A DNA stretch of 64,000 bases, taken from positions 73,529 through 137,528 of the forward strand of contig JBMFSQ010000003.1 of NCBI GenBank assembly GCA_049967475.1. Reading direction: 5' to 3'. The notes under the pieces are model-generated. The model ran no database searches. It was given only the letters and a program-made list of their open reading frames with translations, and had not been told where the DNA came from. A program made the position numbers and the translations under genes. Positions 20,629 to 29,717 of the stretch are shown piece after piece; position 1 is the stretch's first letter, and each line of letters opens with the position of its first letter. This DNA is from Chthonomonadales bacterium (lineage in GTDB: Bacteria > Armatimonadota > Chthonomonadetes > Chthonomonadales > CAJBBX01).

Positions 20629-21186
20629 ATGAGACCGACACGGGAGGATGCCTGGAAGCTCCTTACTGAGTTCACCCAGAGCGAAAGCTTGTTGAAGCAT
20701 GGTCTGGCTGTGGAGGCTGCCATGGTGGGCTATGCCAGGCGTTTTGGCCAGGACGAGGAGCTTTGGGGTATCACCGGCCTCATCCACGACTTCGACTATG
20801 AACGCTGGCCCTCGGCGCCAGATCATCCACTGAAGGGCATGGCGATCCTCCGGGAGAGGGGTTGGCCCGATGAGGTGATCCGGGCAATCGGAGGCCACGC
20901 GTCCTATACAGGCATCCCACGGGACACGCTCCTGGCAAAAACGTTGTTTGCCGTTGACGAGCTTTGCGGATTCATCATGGCCGTGGCGTATGTGCGCCCG
21001 TCGCGCAAGCTCGAGGATGTGCAGGTGTCCTCGGTGCGCAAGAAGATGAAGGACAAAGCCTTCGCACGGCAGGTGTCCCGCGAGGAAATCGTCCAAGGGG
21101 CCCAGGAGCTCGGCGTGGATTTGGACGAGCACATTGCCCAGTGCATCGCTGGGATGCGTGACGTCTCGGCCGCTCTGGGCCTTTGA
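20629..21186 (+). CDS. HD/HDIG metal-dependent phosphohydrolase
   Basis: LLKHGLAVEAAM, GLIHDFDYE, LFAVDEL, KKMKDKAFA. Confidence 0.88.
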   Translation: MRPTREDAWKLLTEFTQSESLLKHGLAVEAAMVGYARRFGQDEELWGITGLIHDFDYERWPSAPDHPLKGMAILRERGWPDEVIRAIGGHASYTGIPRDTLLAKTLFAVDELCGFIMAVAYVRPSRKLEDVQVSSVRKKMKDKAFARQVSREEIVQGAQELGVDLDEHIAQCIAGMRDVSAALGL

Positions 21187-21446
21187 AGGTCCGGGGGGCG
21201 CTGATGATCGGGACTATTGCGAAGTGTGTCTACTTGGCGGGCGGCGCGGCGATAACGTGCTGGCTGGCGGTTGTGGTACGCCGGAGTTGGAAGCGCCTCG
21301 ACGAACGTATTGCAGCGTTCCGTGCAGAGCAGGAAGCAAATCAGGGAGCGCCCCTGAATCCGTATCTGGCTCTTGCAGAATTGTACGCGGAAGCCCAGGC
21401 CGCCGATCGCAGGGCAAAGGCGCGCAAAAACCCCCGGAGGGGCTAA
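21183..21446 (+). CDS. Small single-TM hypothetical protein
   Basis: Overlaps the stop of the previous gene; one hydrophobic helix; NPYLALAELY. Confidence 0.55.
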   Translation: MKVRGALMIGTIAKCVYLAGGAAITCWLAVVVRRSWKRLDERIAAFRAEQEANQGAPLNPYLALAELYAEAQAADRRAKARKNPRRG

Positions 21447-21490
21447 GCACAGGAGCTTGCCTCCTTGCCGGGGGCGGTGGCCGCAGGGCG

Positions 21491-21775
21491 TTACTCTGCT
21501 AGATCGTCTGCTTCGTCCAGCAGGTCTGCATCCTCTTCCACGTCGTCTTCCAACGCGATGGGCGTTTCATCCAGATCTTCCACGACATCATCCGCATGAG
21601 CGAGCACCCGATGCGGATCCAGTTCCACCATTCCCGGTGGGCGCGGATGCCGCTGCCTGCACTCGTCGCACTGGAACTTCACTTTGGCGGTGGAGAGCCA
21701 GGATGGTATGGAGGGGATGGGTTTGCCGCATTCAAAGCAGGTAACTTCGTTAATCGCTAGATCTTCAAGGCTCAT
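21491..21775 (-). CDS. Small zinc-finger protein with highly acidic tail (94 aa)
   Basis: CFEC...CDEC plus D/E-rich C-terminus; GAAGG before ATG 21775. Confidence 0.75.
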   Translation of the reverse strand: MSLEDLAINEVTCFECGKPIPSIPSWLSTAKVKFQCDECRQRHPRPPGMVELDPHRVLAHADDVVEDLDETPIALEDDVEEDADLLDEADDLAE

Positions 21776-21794
21776 ACGCACACCTTCCATTGGG

Positions 21795-22088
21795 TCAGGG
21801 CTCCCGGCGCTTGACCGGCGCCGGCCCGGAGGCTTTGTTGGGGGTCGAGCCTGTGTCGGCTGTGGCTGCTCGTGTTGCCCGGATTTCGTGCCGGCGAGCA
21901 TTCCAGATGGACACGGCTCCGTTCACGAGCATTAGGATCGCCGCCGCCAGATATTCCAGCCACGCATACGTGTTGGTGGGCTGCCCCGGTTCCGTCAGGA
22001 GCGCATTGCCCTTCACCATGCCGGCAATGCTGATGAAAAGCAGAATAATGCCGATGAGAATGAACCCGTTAAGATAGCGCAAAGACAC
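21795..22088 (-). CDS. Small two-TM hypothetical protein
   Basis: Two hydrophobic helices; fills the gap in a co-oriented gene run. Confidence 0.65.
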   Translation of the reverse strand: MSLRYLNGFILIGIILLFISIAGMVKGNALLTEPGQPTNTYAWLEYLAAAILMLVNGAVSIWNARRHEIRATRAATADTGSTPNKASGPAPVKRREP

Positions 22089-22154
22089 GCATCACCCCAA
22101 ATCCAAAGGCTGGAACCGTTTATTGTAGCCGCAAAGCGCGTGTGTCTGTCAACA

Positions 22155-23381
22155 TCACGGTGACGATCGGTTGCTCTGGGCGCTTTCTTCGGCTTCGCGG
22201 AGCATCTGAGCGGCATATTGCCTCCATTCGGACGCGGGGTAATCCTCGAGGAACTCCCGCAGTCCATCCGCAGCGCGGTGGTGTGCGTGGAGCCTCCGGA
22301 GGAGCAACACACAGGCACGGAGCGCGGCTGCATCGGAGTTCCAGTGTTTGGCGGCTCGTTGCAGGAGCGCAACGGCCTGTTCGGTGGCGCCTAGCTCTTC
22401 CAGTCCCGAGGCTACAAAAAGGGCTTCTTCATGCGTCAGGCCAAGATCATCACCCGGCAATTGTTCCTGTATCGTGCAGAAAGTCTCGGCAGCGGCTTGA
22501 CGGTTCCCATTGCGCATCCATCCGGCGACGGCGCTACGGTAATGTTCCGCACACTGCTCCCGGTCCCCAGCCACTGCCCAGAGGAGGGCAATCTGCGCGT
22601 GCGCCTGGACGTCGGAAGGGCGCTTGGCAAGGACTTCCTCCCAGCGGCGCAGGGCCGACATAGGCGTTCCGTCGGAGGCAATCTTTGCAGCGTCGGCGCG
22701 GAGGTATGCGGTTTGGCCGTGTGATGGCATTCCAGTCGCGCGCGCCCAGAGGATGCCGAGAATGAAGCCCGCGACATGCCCGGAATGTGCCGCCCAACTC
22801 CCGGCAGCCGCCGACGCCGGACGGACCATCTGCAGCCCTGCAGCTACGACTTCTGCTGCGACGGCGCCGGCCAAAAGTGCAGCGGCAGGTATCCGCACAG
22901 GAAGGCCGATGAAGCGAATGGAAGCTCGGTAGTATCGAACTGCGAACGCACCAACCAGGGCCGCTGCCGCTCCTGAAGCGCCGATGATGGGCATCTCGGC
23001 TGCTGCAGTTCCGGCGATCCTGGCTGCTGCCGCTTGAGCAAGGCCGGAGCCGACGGCCGCTAATCCATAAAGCAAGAGAAAGCGCTGCCAGCCCACGTCC
23101 TCCTCCACGGGCCCGCCGAATACCCAAACGAACAGCATGTTCGCCGAAAGGTGGAACACATCTTCGTGCAGGAGGCAGTAGGTGAGAACGGTTTGGATGC
23201 GGGGCGATGCAGGTACAAGGCTCAACGCAGCAAACCACTGTGTAGGGAGCTCCGGACCTCGCGTCAGGGTAACGGCGGCGATGATGCCGAATACGGTAAA
23301 GTTCGCAAGAATAAGCGCCACGGTCGCCAGCGGCGGCTGTGTGGAGCGAGCATCCGTTGCGTAGGGAAGCAGCATCGCCAA
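22155..23381 (-). CDS. Rhomboid intramembrane serine protease with TPR-like C-terminal domain
   Basis: H...FHLSANM, GASG catalytic Ser, GHVAG catalytic His; helical C-terminus. Confidence 0.88.
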   Translation of the reverse strand: MAMLLPYATDARSTQPPLATVALILANFTVFGIIAAVTLTRGPELPTQWFAALSLVPASPRIQTVLTYCLLHEDVFHLSANMLFVWVFGGPVEEDVGWQRFLLLYGLAAVGSGLAQAAAARIAGTAAAEMPIIGASGAAAALVGAFAVRYYRASIRFIGLPVRIPAAALLAGAVAAEVVAAGLQMVRPASAAAGSWAAHSGHVAGFILGILWARATGMPSHGQTAYLRADAAKIASDGTPMSALRRWEEVLAKRPSDVQAHAQIALLWAVAGDREQCAEHYRSAVAGWMRNGNRQAAAETFCTIQEQLPGDDLGLTHEEALFVASGLEELGATEQAVALLQRAAKHWNSDAAALRACVLLLRRLHAHHRAADGLREFLEDYPASEWRQYAAQMLREAEESAQSNRSSP

Positions 23382-23401
23382 AAGAGAAAGGCGTTCGAGT
23401 G

Positions 23402-24424
23402 CTAAAGGGAAGCCATGCCCTGGTACGCTGCCACAAGGCGATCCACCAGCCCTTTGATCAGCTCATCCGCAGAGACGCCCTCGGCCTCGCCCTCGAAGTT
23501 CAGGATGATGCGGTGCCTCAACGCGGGCTGGGCTGCTTCGGTAACGTCTTCCACGGCGGCATTGAACCGTCCGGCGATCAGGCTGCGCATCTTGGCGGCG
23601 AGCACGAGGGCTTGGGCACCCCTTGGGCTCGATCCGTAACGTACGTATCGTTTTACCGCTTCGGGAGCGATTTCCGCATCCGGGTGGGTCCCGCGCACCA
23701 AACTGAGAGCGTATTCCATCACGTGGGATGCCACCGGAACGCGCCGTGCGAGTTGCCTCATCCGCAAGATAGCGGCACCATCTGCCACGGGGTGCGCGTG
23801 TTGCTCTTGGGTACCCGTCGTACGTTCAACGATCGCCCTCAGCTCTTCTATGCCTGGCGAACGGACAATCAGCTTGAAGAAGAAGCGGTCCAGCTGGGCT
23901 TCCGGGAGGGGATAAGTGCCTTCCATCTCGATGGGGTTCTGCGTCGCCATCACGAAGAAGGGTTCTTGCAGGGGGCGGCGCACCCCGGCAGCAGTGACGG
24001 CGTGCTCTTGCATCGCCTCGAGCATCGCGGACTGGGTTTTGGGGGTTGCCCGGTTGATCTCGTCCGCCAGAATAATCTGCGCAAATACCGGACCCGGCTG
24101 GAAGCGGAATTCCTTTCCGCCCCCGGGCACCTCCACTAAGATGTTGGTTCCGCAAATGTCCGCAGGCATAAGGTCCGGAGTAAATTGGATGCGCGAGAAG
24201 GTAAGGTTCACGGCCTCTGCCAGCGTGCGCACCAGGAGCGTTTTGCCCAATCCCGGCACGCCTTCCAGCAATGCGTGGCCGCCGGCAACCAGGCACGTGA
24301 GGACACCCTCGATCACGTCCTCATGCCCCACGATCACCTTCCGGATCTGCTCGCGTATCGCGTGGTAGCTCCGGCGGAACTCCTCGACCTCGTTTTCGAT
24401 CTCCTGCAGGTCCTGGTCAGTCAA
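23402..24424 (-). CDS. MoxR-family AAA+ ATPase
   Basis: GVPGLGKT, RIQFTPDLMPAD, LADEINR, ATQNPIEMEGTYPLPEAQLDRF; GGAGG before TTG 24424. Confidence 0.95.
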   Translation of the reverse strand: MTDQDLQEIENEVEEFRRSYHAIREQIRKVIVGHEDVIEGVLTCLVAGGHALLEGVPGLGKTLLVRTLAEAVNLTFSRIQFTPDLMPADICGTNILVEVPGGGKEFRFQPGPVFAQIILADEINRATPKTQSAMLEAMQEHAVTAAGVRRPLQEPFFVMATQNPIEMEGTYPLPEAQLDRFFFKLIVRSPGIEELRAIVERTTGTQEQHAHPVADGAAILRMRQLARRVPVASHVMEYALSLVRGTHPDAEIAPEAVKRYVRYGSSPRGAQALVLAAKMRSLIAGRFNAAVEDVTEAAQPALRHRIILNFEGEAEGVSADELIKGLVDRLVAAYQGMASL

Positions 24425-24467
24425 AGGCTGTGTCCTCCATGGATTGGGGCTTTCCGGTGACGGTGCG

Positions 24468-26132
24468 TCATGGCCGGATGCGCTCGAAGTAATCGCGAAC
24501 GATGTGCTGCATTTCGGGTGGAATGTTCTCCCGTGACACCGCCCGTTCGGCAGCACGCTTCTGCTCCTGATAAACCTGGTAGTAGGGCGTCCCTGCGCGG
24601 ACGCCCGCATTGGGATCGCCTGTTATCTGTTGTACGAGTTCCGTGTCGTTGGCGTTGAGCTGTCCTTTTACGAGTGCGTTAGGCAGGTGCTTCGGCGGAG
24701 GCGCCCATTGAGCGGCATATCGAGCGAACGTCTTTGCCGCCTGTGTCCGCGTGCTTGCCCGCCCGCCTTTGCCCATGAGCGTAAGGCGCGGTCGGGCGCG
24801 GGGGGTGGCAGCCATGGGATTGGTCTTGACGCCGTGTCCTCCCCAAAGCATACCGGCCCCACCGCCGCCGGCTACGAGGCGCATACGGCCGGATTTGAGC
24901 GCTTCGATGAGCGCGGCAAGCGCCTCCGCATCCAGCGAAGGCCTTCCACAGCTCAGTCAAGTGCCTCCAGCTTGGCGCATCATCTCGGCCAAACGTTGAA
25001 GGGTGCGGGGATCCAGCTTCATGCGTTCCATGAGTTTGGCAATCTCAGCGAGCTGCCCGGCAAGTTGCCGAAGCTGCGTGTCGCTGAGGGCTTGGCTGAT
25101 TTGTTGAAGTTGGCGCTGAAGGCGTGCGATGGACGCAGCCGAGAGTTGACCGCTCTGTGTCAGATCCGCCAAGCGCTGCAGAGCTTCGTTTTGGGCCCGG
25201 GCGTCGCCGCTTCTGAGAGCTTGAAAGAAGCTCTGCATCAGCCTCTCGGCAGAGGCATCGGCTGGATTGGTTCTGCCGGAACGCGCAGCCGCCTGTTCCA
25301 TCTGCCTGCGGGCGAAGGTGCGTGCGAGGTCATCCATCCGTTTCCGCACCGCGGGTGAAGCGGAACCGGCGGCCCGGGCCAACATATCCTGACGCCTGCT
25401 GAGGCGATCCGTGAGCTTCTGAAGGGAGATGAGAGATTGCTTCTTGTCCAGGCTTCCGCGCTTCATCGCTTCGGCAAGCCTCCGCGCTTCAAGGGCGGCT
25501 GTGCGCGTTTCTGCCAATCGGTTACGCGCGGCAGACTGCTCGGCCTGGCGCGCGAGGCGTTCAATGCGCCTCCCTTCGTTGCGCACCTCGGCTGCTTCCT
25601 TCTTCTGCTGGGCGGACCAGAAGACGGGCAGGCTCGGCAGAAACATTGCCGCAACAGCGATGATTGCAAGCACGAGGGCTGCGATGCCTTCCTTCGGAAC
25701 CACAATGGGATAGAGAGTTTTGAGATCGAGTGCGGCTGCTGAAGCTGCGGCGTCGGCTACTTGGCGCAAGACCAGGGGGTCCTGCTGCTCCCGGCTCCCG
25801 AACTCAACAGCCGAGGCGAGCCGGTCTCCGGTTCGGCCGCGCACGTCCAAGAGCCAGGCTACGCGGAAGCTGGTCAGGGGCGTTGCGAAAGCGAAGGCCA
25901 GTCCGGCTGCCATTGCCGACGCAGCGAGGAGCGTCAGAGGCGTTACCGCCGGTTCATGGACGAGGCGCAAATGCGCCGCAATAATCCAAACCAGGCTCAC
26001 GCATGCGGTCCATACTAGGAAGCGGCTTACCCAGCGCAGGCTCATCAAGACGCGGAGGCGGCGCCTGGCCGCCCGGATGGTTGCGCTCAGTTCGGGATGA
26101 ACCCTCATGGTTTGTTGCTCCCTGGACGACAT
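24468..26132 (-). CDS. Membrane-anchored coiled-coil protein with in-frame TGA at codon 392; candidate selenoprotein with UxxC motif (554 aa)
   Basis: The two track ORFs share a frame and read ...RQAGGT-TGA-LSCGRPSLDAEALAALIEALKSGRMRL...; SECIS-like hairpin directly follows; C-terminal ENIPPEMQHIVRDYF resembles the ends of MoxR-operon helical proteins. Confidence 0.75.
24908..24955 (-). promoter_or_regulatory. Candidate bacterial SECIS element
   Basis: mRNA UGAGC-U-GUGG-AAG-GCCUUCGC[UGGAU]GCGGAGGC-G-CUU-G-CCGC-GCUCA, spanning +2 to +49 after the UGA; the apical loop starts at +23 with G second. Confidence 0.7.
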
Positions 26133-26140
26133 GCGGCACC

Positions 26141-27844
26141 TCACGCAGGCTCAGGCGGCTTGCCTCCCCTCCGAAGGGTGGCCACTCCGGCTCGTTCAAT
26201 AACCAGCGGCAGGAAGCCCAAGGCAAAAATCGAGATCACCGTCCAGCCGAGTACGCAGCAAATCCAAGACGGCGGATTGCCGGGAATGAGGTTCAATTGT
26301 TGCAGGAGGCGTCCCTTGGTTTGCGCATCCAGCAATACGACCAACGGGTTGAGATAATAGAGAACGGCTGCCGGCGAACTTGACGGCGTGCTGGACGTGT
26401 ACATCGCCTTCACTTGCCATGCAAACGGCAAAGCAGCCATCAGCCCGGTAACGCCGTACAGAAGAAGCATCGAGGTCCATCGGTTTTTCACGAGAGCCGA
26501 CAGAAGTATCCCTATACACCAGATGCCGAAAATCGCAGCAGCGCACGCGGCGGTTGTTTGCAGACCCACCGACGCCGCCCCATACAGAGATCGTGAGGCC
26601 GTTGCGCCGCTCGCCATGAACGCCCCGCTGACCACAAACAGCAGCAGTTCCCCTGCCAGCAACAGAAGGAGATACGGAAGCGCGGATGAGACGTTCCCCG
26701 CCTTGAGGCCGGCCCATCGCCACCCCTCTGAGAAGTACCGCTTCAGATTGCGGGAACGAACCAGTGGGATTTCTCCTGTGGCAAACATCGGCGCGAAGAA
26801 GAGCAGCGCTCCAAGGGGAAAGAAGAACATAAGGGGCAATGCTCGCAGGCCGGGTGCGAGCGTGCCTGCAACCGTGCCGCCTGTGCCTCCAAGCCCAAAG
26901 AAGAGTGCGGACACGTACCACAAGAGGGCGGATACGAGGCTCCTCAACAGACAAGCCTTTCGTTCCGGATAAAGCTCTAGGCGTGCCGCGGCGACAGCAG
27001 CCAGAGTGGCCACGACGAGGCCGTGCATGGCGATCGCCAAAACCCACCAGGGCACTGCCATGCCATAGAAGGTGAGGGACTGGCCGATCGGAAGGGCGCC
27101 CGGCGGCCCGAATGTCCCGGCTAGTCCGGAAAGATACCCGAGCAGTGTAGGGAGCGCAGTTGATAGAGGGACGAAGACGCTGGTGTAAACAACCGTCGAG
27201 CCGCCGCTCGGCCCACTCATGGCGGTGCTTGCCAGCCACAGAATCAATCCCAGAACGAGCAAGGGCGCCAAGAGGGTTGCATAGGTATAAACGATCGCTG
27301 CTGAGGTATTTCTTGCAACGGAGGACCAAGCCAGAGCAAGCGCTGCCAGATCCAGCCCATACAGGAGCAGGTTCAGATAATCGCGAGCCACCATCCCGGC
27401 ATCCACACCGCCCAAAAGGAAGCACAAGGACACCAGGGGCAGGGACGCCGACAAAAGCAGCATGAGGAAGCCCGCGGCCGAAAGCAGCTTTCCCATCACG
27501 ATATGAACCCGAGGAATGGGCGTTACGGCAAGCAGATCCATCGTGCGCTGCTCTCGTTCCACAGTAAGAGAGGCTGCTGTAACGGCGGGAGCGATGAATA
27601 CGACGAGGAACGCCTGAACCCCGATAAGCATCTGATAGAACCAAACGCCTAACGATCCGACCTCGGAGAAGCCCCCACTCACGCGGGCAGAAGTCCACCA
27701 ACCCAAGTATGAAAGAAACAGGACACTGGAAAGCACTACCAGATAACCCGCCAGCGCCCAATAGGCTCTGGAGCCGCGCATCCGCGTGCGCAGCTCCCGT
27801 ATGAGCACCGGGTTGTCAGCCCAAACGCGCGCTACGCCGTTCAT
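26141..27844 (-). CDS. ABC transporter permease (ABC-2 type, extended)
   Basis: NPVLIRELRTRMRG, EREQRTMDLL..TP, IVMGKL; many TM helices. Confidence 0.88.
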   Translation of the reverse strand: MNGVARVWADNPVLIRELRTRMRGSRAYWALAGYLVVLSSVLFLSYLGWWTSARVSGGFSEVGSLGVWFYQMLIGVQAFLVVFIAPAVTAASLTVEREQRTMDLLAVTPIPRVHIVMGKLLSAAGFLMLLLSASLPLVSLCFLLGGVDAGMVARDYLNLLLYGLDLAALALAWSSVARNTSAAIVYTYATLLAPLLVLGLILWLASTAMSGPSGGSTVVYTSVFVPLSTALPTLLGYLSGLAGTFGPPGALPIGQSLTFYGMAVPWWVLAIAMHGLVVATLAAVAAARLELYPERKACLLRSLVSALLWYVSALFFGLGGTGGTVAGTLAPGLRALPLMFFFPLGALLFFAPMFATGEIPLVRSRNLKRYFSEGWRWAGLKAGNVSSALPYLLLLLAGELLLFVVSGAFMASGATASRSLYGAASVGLQTTAACAAAIFGIWCIGILLSALVKNRWTSMLLLYGVTGLMAALPFAWQVKAMYTSSTPSSSPAAVLYYLNPLVVLLDAQTKGRLLQQLNLIPGNPPSWICCVLGWTVISIFALGFLPLVIERAGVATLRRGGKPPEPA

Positions 27845-28816
27845 TCAGGACACCACTCCCTTGGTGACACGCATAAACACGTCCTCCAGATCGGCGCTCC
27901 GTGCCGCGAAGGACAGCACCTTGATCTCGTTCATCACCAGCGCCTGAAGCACGGCCCACTCGCCATTCGGCGGACCTGCGTAATTGAGGGTGATGACGCC
28001 GTCGCCTTCATGGTGGGCTTCGCCGACGTCGGGCAGGGCCGTGAGGATTTCCATCGCCCGGTCCACGCGGCTGTGGCCGTCGGCTTGGGAGTTCGCCGCC
28101 TCATCGAGAATGCGCAAATCCAGCGTCTGGTGCCCGGCGAGACGCCGCATGATCTCGTCTACGGCTCCGAAGAGAAGCAGCTCCCCTCTTTCGATTATGC
28201 CGATCTTGTTGCAGAAGTCTGCAAGTTCCGGGAGAATGTGGGAAGACACGAGGATCGTCTTGCCCATGTTCCGCAATTCCTTAAGAAGTTCCTTGATCTC
28301 GATGCGGGCCCGCGGGTCCAGCCCCGATGCCGGCTCGTCCAGCAGGAGCACGGCCGGGTCGTGAATGAGTGTCTTGGCAAGGCACAGCCGCTGCTTCATC
28401 CCTCGGGAAAGCGCTTCTACGTACGCCTCCCTCTTGTTTTGGAGGTCCGTGAGGGCAAGGACGTCGTCTATGGCGCGCGGCCGCTTCTCTTTGGGGATGC
28501 GGTAAGCAGCAGCAAAGAAGTCGAGGTATTCCCACACTTTGATGTCGTCATATACTCCGAAGAAGTCGGGCATGTATCCGATCACGGTGCGGACGGCTTC
28601 CGGGTCACCGACGATATCGTGGCCGAGAATGCGCGCCGTGCCCGACGAAGGTACGAGCAGGGTAGCCAGCATCCGGATGGTAGTGGTCTTTCCTGCTCCA
28701 TTGGGCCCGATGAACCCGCAGATGTCGCCAGGCTCCAGAGTGAACGTAAGGTCGCGCACGGCCACAAGGTCCTTATAGCGCTTTGTAAGATGAACAATTT
28801 CTAGTGCCGGAGGCAT
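27845..28816 (-). CDS. ABC transporter ATP-binding protein
   Basis: GPNGAGKTT, LSRGMKQR, LLLDEP, SSH. Confidence 0.95.
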   Translation of the reverse strand: MPPALEIVHLTKRYKDLVAVRDLTFTLEPGDICGFIGPNGAGKTTTIRMLATLLVPSSGTARILGHDIVGDPEAVRTVIGYMPDFFGVYDDIKVWEYLDFFAAAYRIPKEKRPRAIDDVLALTDLQNKREAYVEALSRGMKQRLCLAKTLIHDPAVLLLDEPASGLDPRARIEIKELLKELRNMGKTILVSSHILPELADFCNKIGIIERGELLLFGAVDEIMRRLAGHQTLDLRILDEAANSQADGHSRVDRAMEILTALPDVGEAHHEGDGVITLNYAGPPNGEWAVLQALVMNEIKVLSFAARSADLEDVFMRVTKGVVS

Positions 28817-28926
28817 GGAACCCTCCTTTGGTGCTGGGTGTCGCTCATTCTATTCCGATTGCGGCGGGCGCAACCCTCCGGCCGGGAACGGTTCACAGCA
28901 GCCCCGGTTCACGCCCCACAGTGAGT

Positions 28927-29715
28927 TCATTGCCCCAGATTGGACTGGCGGCGGAAGCCCAGGATCATCCTGGCTACGCATGCGGCCCCTACGCCTCCGT
29001 AAGCGGCAAGATGAAACAGCAATACGGTTTCGGCAGTCCCCAAATGCGACGGAAGTTGGTAAAGAGCTTCCCCGGCCCGAAACGGGCTCAGCCACCATAT
29101 GGGCGTGTCCTGCCAGGCCGCGCCGGATATGGATAGGACGGAGTTGACGGCCGCCACACCGATGATCGGGAGGAAGGTAATCAGGTACGCCACCGCCGTA
29201 GCCACGCGGGAATGGCGGCTGGACCATGAGGCGTACAGACTGGTGGAGATCAAGAAGAAGGCCCAGCACACAAGAAGTGCCAGCCCGACGATCATCTGGG
29301 TCGCCTGAATGTCCGACACCAGCGACGAATAAACGAGGAACGGCAAAAACGCTCCGAAGATCGCGAGCAGAGGTAGGCTGCGAGCGGCGAGCTTGCCCAG
29401 TACGATCTCGTGCGGCGTAAGGGGCGAGCACAGCAGCATATCCCAGGTCTGCTGTTCCCGTTCTTGCGAGATGGCGTTGGCTGCCAGTCCTGGTGCAATC
29501 GTCCAAATGATCACCGCCTGCAGGACGAACGCCATCCACCAGAAGTCCGTCGCGCCCTTGGGCGCAGAGAAAGACACGATGTAGGAGATCGCCTCCCAAT
29601 AGAGCCACGCGATCACTCCGAGGGCCACAAAGCCCATTGCGGCGAGCGTCCTCGGGTGCTGGCGCCCACGGAATTTGGATCGGAGCTCCTTAACGAAGAC
29701 GGGGTTTTCCCACAT
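28927..29715 (-). CDS. ABC transporter permease (ABC-2 type)
   Basis: NPVFVKELRSKFRG, EREQQTWDMLL.SP, IVLGKL. Confidence 0.88.
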   Translation of the reverse strand: MWENPVFVKELRSKFRGRQHPRTLAAMGFVALGVIAWLYWEAISYIVSFSAPKGATDFWWMAFVLQAVIIWTIAPGLAANAISQEREQQTWDMLLCSPLTPHEIVLGKLAARSLPLLAIFGAFLPFLVYSSLVSDIQATQMIVGLALLVCWAFFLISTSLYASWSSRHSRVATAVAYLITFLPIIGVAAVNSVLSISGAAWQDTPIWWLSPFRAGEALYQLPSHLGTAETVLLFHLAAYGGVGAACVARMILGFRRQSNLGQ

Positions 29716-29717
29716 GG

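Noticed and set aside
26196-27761. 521-aa same-strand alternative-frame ORF inside the ABC permease
   Set aside because: Arg/Ser/Gly-rich off-frame composition with no recognisable domain.
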